In this document: one piece after another, positions 45,723 through 52,995 of the stretch
Layout of the letters: every line of letters starts with the position of its first letter
Position numbering within the stretch: the stretch's first letter is position 1
NCBI GenBank assembly: GCA_964459725.1
Contig: CAYWNT010000005.1
Coordinates: forward strand, 27,657-91,656
Source of the DNA: an uncultured Gammaproteobacteria bacterium
Lineage (GTDB): Bacteria > Patescibacteriota > Patescibacteriia > Patescibacteriales > UBA12075
Reading direction: 5' to 3'
DNA: 64,000 nucleotides
Position numbers and translations under genes: made by a program
The notes under the pieces: model-generated
Database searches by the model: none
What the model saw: the letters and a program-made list of their open reading frames with translations, nothing else
Told to the model about the DNA's origin: nothing

Positions 45723-45834
45723 GGGGAGCCATTCAAAAAAGGCTTCCCGTACTGGTTAATACCCTTTCGGGTATCAGCTCACACAAGCAAAAACCAGACA
45801 GAAAGCCGTCTCTGTCCTTGTGTGAGTCTTTTTA
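45723..45834 (+). ncRNA. Candidate plus-strand structured small RNA ending in a terminator
   Basis: Three consecutive hairpins (45723-48, 45759-74, 45778-826) then TCTTTTT; the first stem has a G-U pair only on the plus-strand reading. Confidence 0.35.
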
Positions 45835-46007
45835 ACCATGCCTTAAGCTAATAAGGTTTAGGTTGCTCAATTAAATTGTAACTTAAAAATAACATAAATA
45901 GCAATAAAAATCAATATTTTATTGCAAATTTAATTATACTAAACGGCTTCAACATAGTTTATCATATTGTACATAAAATTTTCCTCAAGAAATTCTAAAG
46001 TTTTTAT

Positions 46008-46069
46008 AAATAAAAAAGCACACAACGTGGAAAATATTTAATTAATTAATAAATTCCGCATTGTGTGCT
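46008..46069 (-). terminator. Terminator at the distal end of the phage lysis-proximal operon
   Basis: AGCACACAACGTGGAA...TTCCGCATTGTGTGCT imperfect long hairpin (46017-46069); T-tracts on both strands. Confidence 0.6.
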
Positions 46070-46079
46070 ATTATTTTTT

Positions 46080-46418
46080 CTATATTTTATAACTCAATCT
46101 TTTCTCATCTAAAAAATCAGGAATAAAATCCTTTTCCCATCTAGCTCCCAAGCTCCACTCTTTTATTTTTTCAACTGGCAATTTACACTTGTAGTCATAA
46201 ATAGTCACAACATTGTCTTTATTTCTGTTTACCACAAACGCCCACTCATGCCTAGTTTTTCCGTCTCTGCTTTCCCATTTTCCTTTTTCTGTCCTGTTGT
46301 GTGGCTTGCCCAGTTTTTTGACAAGCTCCTCGTATGTGGCAAATACTGTCCCCACTCTTCCAGTCCAAAAAGTTTCTTCGCATTTCGCTAGTCTGCTTTT
46401 TATTTTTAATTTCGTCAT
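46080..46418 (-). CDS. Hypothetical phage protein
   Basis: 112 aa, W/K-rich, coding-like; MTKLKIKSRLAKCEETFWTGRVG.. Confidence 0.5.
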   Translation of the reverse strand: MTKLKIKSRLAKCEETFWTGRVGTVFATYEELVKKLGKPHNRTEKGKWESRDGKTRHEWAFVVNRNKDNVVTIYDYKCKLPVEKIKEWSLGARWEKDFIPDFLDEKRLSYKI

Positions 46419-46578
46419 ATAGATTATTCATTACTATTTTAATTAACTCGTCTCTTATGTCATCTTCATCTTCGTTCAATATCCAAACAAGTTCTTCGAC
46501 GTAAATCTCAACGTGATTTAATATGCTCCCCATAAGAGTAATGCCTTTATTCATTTTTATTATGCTTTTATCGTCCAT
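46252..46578 (-). CDS. Small hypothetical ORF; only its first ~53 codons (46419-46578) do not overlap the previous gene
   Basis: MDDKSIIKMNKGITLMGSILNHVEIYVEELVWILNEDEDDIRDELIKIVMNNLYD..; the distal half overlaps 46080-46418 in another frame and looks non-coding. Confidence 0.3.
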   Translation of the reverse strand: MDDKSIIKMNKGITLMGSILNHVEIYVEELVWILNEDEDDIRDELIKIVMNNLYDEIKNKKQTSEMRRNFLDWKSGDSICHIRGACQKTGQATQQDRKRKMGKQRRKN

Positions 46579-46741
46579 TCTTGTATTGATTATATTGAGT
46601 TGGATAATAACGTAGTTACTGAATCATTGCAAGGACCAAGACAATTACCAGGGTTACACATTTTTATGCACATTTTAAAACAAACATTTAATAATAAAAA
46701 CTAACTTGATTCTTAACCATTGACGACCATTGACGGCCTTC

Positions 46742-46778
46742 TTGACTATTTGGTTTCCATGTGATTATATGTTATAAT
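46742..46778 (+). promoter_or_regulatory. Candidate promoter(s) for the plus-strand gene inside the prophage
   Basis: TTGACT (46742-47)-17-TTATAT and TTGGTT (46750-55)-17-TATAAT (46773-78); preceded by direct repeat CCATTGACGA/CCATTGACGG (46717-36). Confidence 0.45.
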
Positions 46779-46836
46779 ATACATAGAAATTCAGAACTCT
46801 GTGTATAAAAATCTATACATAATAAAGTAAAAAATT

Positions 46837-47388
46837 ATGCAAAATATTATTAATATAATTTGCGCTATTGGCGTACCAGCTATTGTGGTTTGCCTTATTT
46901 ATATTGGACGCAAATTACAAAAATTAGACGATGTCGATGATAAACTAAAAAATGTAGATAGCAAGGTAATAGATATTGATAAGCTAACTCTTTTAACTAA
47001 AGAAAAAGTTGACACATTATGGAACGAGCGTTTTGCGATCAGTAATTCGCCAATGCAACTGAACGAAAGGGGTGAAATGATCTTGGATAAAAGCGGTATA
47101 AAAGAAATTATTGATAAACATCTTGATGAGCTATTTATCAAAGTTAAAGAGAAGAATCCAGAAAATGCTTATCAAGTTCAAGAACGATCAAATAAAGTAG
47201 TTTACAAACTAGAAAACAAACAAGGCATATTGCCTATACTTGAAAATGGTGCATATAAAACAGGGGTGGATATTGATACAGTTTTAGCAGTAGGTGGATT
47301 ATATTTAAGGGATTTAATATTACCAAAATTCAATTTTAAATTTGAAGAGATTGATAAACACGATCCTAACAGCACTAACAATAAATAA
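46837..47388 (+). CDS. Membrane-anchored hypothetical protein, opposite strand to phage late genes (moron-like)
   Basis: N-terminal TM IINIICAIGVPAIVVCLIYIG, then 150-aa soluble domain; own promoter and terminator. Confidence 0.55.
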   Translation: MQNIINIICAIGVPAIVVCLIYIGRKLQKLDDVDDKLKNVDSKVIDIDKLTLLTKEKVDTLWNERFAISNSPMQLNERGEMILDKSGIKEIIDKHLDELFIKVKEKNPENAYQVQERSNKVVYKLENKQGILPILENGAYKTGVDIDTVLAVGGLYLRDLILPKFNFKFEEIDKHDPNSTNNK

Positions 47389-47420
47389 AAATATTTTACA
47401 GTCTCATATTTTATAAAAAA

Positions 47421-47443
47421 AACAAGAAATTCGTTTTCTTGTT
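47421..47443. terminator. Bidirectional terminator
   Basis: AACAAGAAA-TTCGT-TTTCTTGTT flanked by A8 and T6 tracts; between convergent genes. Confidence 0.7.
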
Positions 47444-47450
47444 TTTTGTT

Positions 47451-47984
47451 TTATAATCTCTGTGTCAACTCTAAAACCTGCCTCAATAATCTAATTACTT
47501 CTTGCTTTTTATTAAGCCCTGGCCGAGTAATCTCTTTTATAACATTAGTACTAACCAAGCTTCTAACAAAATTAATATCCATATTTCTCCCCGGACATGA
47601 CTTATTTGCATAATCTCGATGAAACAAAATATTGTTTTTATTTATTCCATATTGCTTCACTAATTTTCTAAGCAGGTCTCTTAAAGCAAATATTTGATTT
47701 GATGTAGATTTTTCTAAATCAAAATGACCATCCAAGCAAACATGAATACACCGACCGTCATTCATATTTCCTTGATAACAAGCAATGGTTCTCTCTCCGT
47801 TTTTTCTAGCCTGCTTTACTCTTCCGTTTTTTGCTATCTCATAATTATATCCGAGATAATAACCTAGAGAACTTTTTAATTTCCACCAAGCCTTGTGAGT
47901 ATTGTTATTTGCATTGAACTGATCAGAATTTTTATCATATGACACCGCACTATGATGTATCATTATATATTTTGGTTTTTGCAT
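47451..47984 (-). CDS. Endolysin, N-acetylmuramoyl-L-alanine amidase (Amidase_2/PGRP type)
   Basis: IMIHHSA.., GYNYEIAKNG.., LFHRDYANKSCPG motifs. Confidence 0.85.
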   Translation of the reverse strand: MQKPKYIMIHHSAVSYDKNSDQFNANNNTHKAWWKLKSSLGYYLGYNYEIAKNGRVKQARKNGERTIACYQGNMNDGRCIHVCLDGHFDLEKSTSNQIFALRDLLRKLVKQYGINKNNILFHRDYANKSCPGRNMDINFVRSLVSTNVIKEITRPGLNKKQEVIRLLRQVLELTQRL

Positions 47985-47988
47985 AAAA

Positions 47989-48216
47989 TTAATGTTTAAT
48001 TATCAAATAAATAATATTAGCAATATTGCCAACTCCCATAAAACCTAAAAACCATTTAAGATTCCTAATAGTCGTTGCTACCTCAATTCTAAATTGAGTA
48101 TTCTTCTTAACATTGCCATTAGTCTCATCTAATCTCTTGATAATTCCTTTATGCCCAGTAGAATTGTCATCTTTTAGATCCTTGATTTTATCAAGAATCA
48201 AATCCAGCTTATCCAT
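47989..48216 (-). CDS. Holin-like or lysis-associated small membrane protein
   Basis: 75 aa, single C-terminal TM, adjacent to endolysin. Confidence 0.45.
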   Translation of the reverse strand: MDKLDLILDKIKDLKDDNSTGHKGIIKRLDETNGNVKKNTQFRIEVATTIRNLKWFLGFMGVGNIANIIYLIIKH

Positions 48217-48217
48217 A

Positions 48218-48382
48218 TTACTTATTGTCTAAATACTTTTTATAAAACCCACGACCAATAAAGACAGCAACACCTATTAAAAGCAAAACAGTGCCTTGCC
48301 AAATATTGCTCTGTATAACTGCTACGCCAGTACTCACAAATATAGTGGCCACTGACAATAAAAGTTCTTTTGTGTAATCCAT
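48218..48382 (-). CDS. Holin-like small membrane protein (2 TM)
   Basis: From MDYTKELLLSVATIFVSTGVAVIQ..LLLIGVAVFIGRGFYKKYLDNK; two TMs plus a charged tail. Confidence 0.5.
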   Translation of the reverse strand: MDYTKELLLSVATIFVSTGVAVIQSNIWQGTVLLLIGVAVFIGRGFYKKYLDNK

Positions 48383-48399
48383 AAATATAAAAATTAATT

Positions 48400-50148
48400 T
48401 TAAAAATAATTCCAATTAACCTCTTTGACGTTAATCTCATTTGTATTATTTGATTTACCTTTCAATTTTACGCAACCAACTAGCCTAACCCCTGCATCCT
48501 GATTATTCATCGCTTTAATTGTCTTGCTATATGATAAATACCAGATATCATCTCCCAAATCTTCAATTGACTGCAACATCATATCCTGTAAATTTTCATC
48601 ATCTCCCACTGGTTCAAGACTTATTAATCCATATGCATCAATCCTTATTAATTGAGCGTTTGTTGAATATGTATTCTGCAATTCTTCTGTCACCGTTAAT
48701 GTGTTACTAACAATACCTTGCACCTCAACTAATTTCATTTTTTCATCTTCCAATAATATTGCTCTATCTCCCACCTCAAAATCACTTGCATCTGTAAGCT
48801 CAATATCTGCTTGTCCTGAATTTGCAATTGAAGCTAAATTAATTTTGATAACAGCCTTTTGCTTAAAATATCCGTTTACTGTAATCGTTTCATTTAGTAC
48901 CTTAAGCTCTTTTGTAAAATACCAACCATATTTTGCATACTTTCTTTCATTGCTGTACCCCGAATAAAATCCGGGGCTTGTAGTGCCTACAACTTTACCT
49001 GCCTCAATTCTAATTCTTCCATTTCCTCCATTCCCACCATTGCCATAACTATCATTTGTGCCACTACTATTTATTCCCAAGCCTCTAGTTCCACCCCTAG
49101 CATGAATATATCCTGTACCAATATCAGCCTTGTTTAAAACCTGAATAAATATAGTCCCACCTGATCCTCCTCCGCCTCCAGCAGAATAATAACTCCCCGG
49201 ATGAGTATTTTCATCTCCACCATCTAATCCGTCATTGCCATCACAGTCAATCTCGCCATTAACAACCATATTTTTACAATGCAATCTGATTATTCCTCCT
49301 CCATGTCCTCCATGACCCCAGCCTGGCATTTGATAGTTCGAACCTCCACCGCCACCGCCTGAACCTCTTAAATATTCAATAGAAAAAGTATTTGATAGAC
49401 TTTCGTTATTATAAACTTCACCACCATATCCATAATCTCCTCCATACTTATTACTTCTACCTCCCGCACTCCCATATCCTCCTCCCCCACCTCCACTTCT
49501 ATAGCTTGACGAGCCTGAACCATCTCCGCCTCCACCGCCTCCGCCATTTGCTTCATTTGCCCTATCTCCCGATCCTATATAACTACTGCCTTGATATCCC
49601 CATGGATCACCACTACTTCCTCTGCTATGACCTCTGCCTTTTGCTGAAATTATTCCCCCGGCTTCAATTTCAATATTTCCTTGGCATTTAATTTGGATGT
49701 TACCGCTTATATAAATTGTATGTCCTGCTTGAATTAATATTGAAGTAAAGTTTTTCTCGCTTGACCATGTTGTATTTCCAGTACTGACAAAAGCTCCATC
49801 TGATCCATCTCCCAAATCAGGAGCCAGCAATCTTGTAAATTTATTATTTAAAGTATCCAAATAACCCAAGTACTTGCCGATTGACGATCCTTCAGGATAA
49901 GAATTACTTAAATTATCTTTCATAGTTAAAGTGTTACCGACAATACTATCAATCACAGCTGTTTCAAATCCATTCATATTGTCATACACTACAACCTGAT
50001 CTCCTATCTTAAATTCTGATGCATCACCAACTACAATATTTCTTTGGCTAGCAATCGCCTCGCTATCAATATAAGTTATCCGCTCATCAACATATTCATT
50101 GCTGGTCATATCATCTTGTGTTATTCCTGTTAGTTTTAATTTTGGCAT
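48400..50148 (-). CDS. Glycine-rich tail fibre/spike-like protein
   Basis: 582 aa; central GGGGGGDGSGSS.. / GGGGGSGGT.. runs; duplicated terminal domains; position between baseplate-like genes and lysis genes. Confidence 0.6.
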   Translation of the reverse strand: MPKLKLTGITQDDMTSNEYVDERITYIDSEAIASQRNIVVGDASEFKIGDQVVVYDNMNGFETAVIDSIVGNTLTMKDNLSNSYPEGSSIGKYLGYLDTLNNKFTRLLAPDLGDGSDGAFVSTGNTTWSSEKNFTSILIQAGHTIYISGNIQIKCQGNIEIEAGGIISAKGRGHSRGSSGDPWGYQGSSYIGSGDRANEANGGGGGGGDGSGSSSYRSGGGGGGYGSAGGRSNKYGGDYGYGGEVYNNESLSNTFSIEYLRGSGGGGGGSNYQMPGWGHGGHGGGIIRLHCKNMVVNGEIDCDGNDGLDGGDENTHPGSYYSAGGGGGSGGTIFIQVLNKADIGTGYIHARGGTRGLGINSSGTNDSYGNGGNGGNGRIRIEAGKVVGTTSPGFYSGYSNERKYAKYGWYFTKELKVLNETITVNGYFKQKAVIKINLASIANSGQADIELTDASDFEVGDRAILLEDEKMKLVEVQGIVSNTLTVTEELQNTYSTNAQLIRIDAYGLISLEPVGDDENLQDMMLQSIEDLGDDIWYLSYSKTIKAMNNQDAGVRLVGCVKLKGKSNNTNEINVKEVNWNYF

Positions 50149-50154
50149 ACATTT

Positions 50155-50607
50155 TTATCTATAATAATAAGCAGTTACGCTGAAATTTCTATATGTGTTA
50201 TTCCAGCTAGACCCACATGACTGTGTGCATGTTAAAACATCTCCAGAAATTGAGCTTGCCACCCGACTCCAATAACTATCGCTATCAACTCCAGGCTGTT
50301 GTTTTAGGGTTTGACTCGTAATTCCTTCTCTTGCCAACATCACCTGTCCATTCCAATTCCAACCGCTAACTGAATGAGATATTCTTAAAACAATAAAATT
50401 GCAATCTGGCGGAATTGTGCCTGTGTCTGTGCATGGCGTAGAATAATTTGACTGACTGTCACTTAATCCTTCAGAACTTATAAACTCCCAATGAGCTGAT
50501 CTGTTCAAAGAAATAATATTTTGTGCCAAAGCTCTCAATGCTTTCATTATATTATTTATTTCAAACGCAAATAATTTATTTTGTCCTTGTTTTTTGTCTA
50601 AACTCAT
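50155..50607 (-). CDS. Hypothetical phage structural protein
   Basis: 150 aa, S/W/C-rich; tail-module position. Confidence 0.45.
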   Translation of the reverse strand: MSLDKKQGQNKLFAFEINNIMKALRALAQNIISLNRSAHWEFISSEGLSDSQSNYSTPCTDTGTIPPDCNFIVLRISHSVSGWNWNGQVMLAREGITSQTLKQQPGVDSDSYWSRVASSISGDVLTCTQSCGSSWNNTYRNFSVTAYYYR

Positions 50608-50794
50608 AACTTCTATATTTTGATATATTCTTTTTATTGTTTTTCAAAAATAATGCTGGCTTGTTTTTTTTATCAAAAATTTCTTTCTTGCCTTTGAATT
50701 CTGCTTCCTTTATTTCGTGCTGTAAACCAAGTCTGCTGACAATATCATATGCCTCTATTTTGTTTTTAACCTCAATTTTTATTTTTAACATCAT
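50576..50794 (-). CDS. Small hypothetical phage protein
   Basis: 72 aa basic protein; start preceded by repeat hairpin 1. Confidence 0.4.
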   Translation of the reverse strand: MMLKIKIEVKNKIEAYDIVSRLGLQHEIKEAEFKGKKEIFDKKNKPALFLKNNKKNISKYRSYEFRQKTRTK

Positions 50795-50802
50795 ATTTAA
50801 AA

Positions 50803-50832
50803 CTTGCCCGCCGTAGCTTTAGCGTAGGAGGG
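50803..50832 (-). promoter_or_regulatory. Phage intercistronic stem-loop repeat, copy 1
   Basis: Minus strand CCCTCC-TAC-GCTAAAGCT-AC-GGCGGG-CAAG; starts right after the upstream stop, 8 nt before the next ATG. Confidence 0.6.
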
Positions 50833-51399
50833 TCATACGCTTACAAATGTATATTTTTGGCTTATAACTAAAACTGTATTATTATCCTTAACCCAATTAA
50901 TTCCTGTAATATGCGACCAAAGATTGCCTGTGTCTGGGTCTTCATCACCGTCAATAACATTTCCAAATTCTGTATATGTTCCTGCACATTCTGTTTCTGT
51001 AAAAAATGCAGTCAATAAAACAACATTTTCATCATCAGTGCCACTGGCCATGTCATTCCTATAAACTTCATTTATCAATGTTGTATCACCGTCACTTGCA
51101 ATACCACTCCCATCACCCAGCAATGCTTTATTGATATATCCTGTATAAGTAGTATCACCGACCAATCTTTTTATTAGAGCATTAAAACCAGTTCTGCAAA
51201 TCACATTAAATCTTCTGTTTTCCTGCACTAAATCACCTAAAATATAGTATTTCATTATTTTTGGAAATAACGGACGTAAATTACGCAAAATTTTATTAAA
51301 AGCAATTTCACTCTTTGTTAATTTTGATTGATCGTAAAACTTAGCCGTGATATCTCCGACTGCATGTGCATTTTCTTTTGTATGTTTTTTTATAATCAT
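50833..51399 (-). CDS. Hypothetical phage structural protein (distant paralogue of 63438..63851)
   Basis: Start at MIIKKHTKEN, 8 nt after GGAGGA of repeat copy 2; LLGDGSGIASDGDTTLINE.. pattern. Confidence 0.5.
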   Translation of the reverse strand: MIIKKHTKENAHAVGDITAKFYDQSKLTKSEIAFNKILRNLRPLFPKIMKYYILGDLVQENRRFNVICRTGFNALIKRLVGDTTYTGYINKALLGDGSGIASDGDTTLINEVYRNDMASGTDDENVVLLTAFFTETECAGTYTEFGNVIDGDEDPDTGNLWSHITGINWVKDNNTVLVISQKYTFVSV

Positions 51400-51403
51400 A
51401 TTG

Positions 51404-51434
51404 CTTGTCCTCCATAGCTTTATGCGCAGGAGGG
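51404..51434 (-). promoter_or_regulatory. Phage intercistronic stem-loop repeat, copy 2
   Basis: Minus strand CCCTCC-TGC-GCATAAAGCT-AT-GGAGGA-CAAG, then CAAT-ATG. Confidence 0.6.
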
Positions 51435-52934
51435 TTAACTTAACTCGCTTGTATCTAAACAAAATTCTCTCTCGGGGTCTGTGTGACCTGTTGGAATATA
51501 AGGTGCTAAAACAAATATTGGTCTAACTCCTGCCCCAAATGGGTCTTTTTCAATTGACTCTGTCACCTCAACTGTTTTATAATCTTCCATTTCTTCAACC
51601 AAACCAATCTCCTCATCAACCTGAACATCTTGATAATCAAGGTAATATTTTTTTAAAACAGCGTTCTCATTTAAAGTGACTTTTTTATTTTCTCCCACCA
51701 GTAAACTCTGCAAAAAGCTGATCATTCCTAAAGTTTTAAGTGTGGCTAATTCAACCGTCCATTCTCCCTCTGTTGCAGTAAACATTTTTAAACTAACTCG
51801 CATTATCAAAAAATTTTCATTTATACTCCTTGCTGATAAATTTATACTTATAGTCTGCCCCGAACTCAATCCACTTAAATATGTTCTAAATCCTCCCTCT
51901 CTTATAGTATTTGCATAAGCTGATAGTTGTGCCTCACCGTACTGTTTAGCCTCATTAGTGGTCTTGATACTCTTATCAATTTTTTTAAACTCAAATCGTC
52001 CATATTTTGAAATACTGGCATTATCTTCTACTTGAGCCATAATCGGGATAAGATAATATCCGCTAATCTCAATTACATCACCACTTACTGGCGGAACTAC
52101 AAATCTGACATATTTCTCGTTATAACTCCAAAGACAATCATAATCATCATCGCTGTTTAAAAACTCCGTTCCCACGCTCACCTCAACACTGTTCACCTTT
52201 ACAGTCGGCTTTTTAGAAAATTTATAATCTGTAGCAAAACTCTTTTGATTGCCATCACCAGTATGCGGTTTTGTTCTTTCATTGTCTGATGTTATCTCAC
52301 CGCCCTCAATTATTACTACATTCCTAAGCTGGCTTAAATCATTATCTATACTTAAACTGTCCCTGATATAATTATCACTGCCGTCTGCAATATTAAATGA
52401 TGCTGGCTCATCATTTTTAGAAAAAAAATGAATATCATGATCATAATCGATATACCAACTATAATTAAATAACTCACAAAGCTCTGTTAAACATTTACTA
52501 ACGCTCAAATTATTAAATGCCACTACTGTCACCTCTAAGCTACAATTCACATTGTTATAAGTAATGCCTGTACCTGCCAAATAATTTGTGACCAAAAACT
52601 CAATAATCTCATTAACTGTTTTATTCTCAAATCTTTCAATGACCAATATTCTGTCCAAATCCAAAGTATAATCCTTGGTTTCAATTTCATAATAAACAAC
52701 ATCTCCTTCGGCATAATTACCAACTCTTATAATCTTGCCTGCAAATACCTTCTCCGCTCCGTCAAACACTTCAACTATGTCACTAATCTCAGGTTTATAG
52801 CCTTGCCCTTCAAAAACTTTGATTGTAAAATTGCATAAATTTGGTTGTTCGTTAATATTGTCTTCAATATTGAAACTATCCCAATCAACTAAATTCGTTT
52901 TTTCTTCATTGTTTATTTTTAAAATAATATTCAT
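51435..52934 (-). CDS. Distal tail / tail-family protein (tentative)
   Basis: 499 aa immediately downstream of the tape measure gene. Confidence 0.5.
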   Translation of the reverse strand: MNIILKINNEEKTNLVDWDSFNIEDNINEQPNLCNFTIKVFEGQGYKPEISDIVEVFDGAEKVFAGKIIRVGNYAEGDVVYYEIETKDYTLDLDRILVIERFENKTVNEIIEFLVTNYLAGTGITYNNVNCSLEVTVVAFNNLSVSKCLTELCELFNYSWYIDYDHDIHFFSKNDEPASFNIADGSDNYIRDSLSIDNDLSQLRNVVIIEGGEITSDNERTKPHTGDGNQKSFATDYKFSKKPTVKVNSVEVSVGTEFLNSDDDYDCLWSYNEKYVRFVVPPVSGDVIEISGYYLIPIMAQVEDNASISKYGRFEFKKIDKSIKTTNEAKQYGEAQLSAYANTIREGGFRTYLSGLSSGQTISINLSARSINENFLIMRVSLKMFTATEGEWTVELATLKTLGMISFLQSLLVGENKKVTLNENAVLKKYYLDYQDVQVDEEIGLVEEMEDYKTVEVTESIEKDPFGAGVRPIFVLAPYIPTGHTDPEREFCLDTSELS

Positions 52935-52953
52935 ACTTGTCCTTTGAAGCTTT

Positions 52954-52995
52954 CTTGCCCGCCATAGCTTTAGCGACGGCGGGAGCGTAAGAGGG
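52954..52995 (-). promoter_or_regulatory. Phage intercistronic stem-loop repeat, copy 3 (composite)
   Basis: Minus strand TAG-CCCTCTTACGCT-CCCGCC-GTC-GCTAAAGCT-AT-GGCGGG-CAAG; then AAAGCTTCAAAGGACAAGT-ATG. Confidence 0.6.

Noticed and set aside
45740-46080. tRNA/tmRNA gene as the phage integration target at the left prophage border
   Set aside because: There is no acceptor-stem closure and no T-loop GTTCGAATC-like motif. The hairpins do not form a cloverleaf. No direct repeat partner is visible because the right end of the phage lies outside the window.
49368-49691. ORFs 49368..49556 (-) and 49392..49691 (+) inside the fibre gene
   Set aside because: They are alternative-frame readings of the Gly-rich (GGN repeat) region of the 582-aa fibre gene.
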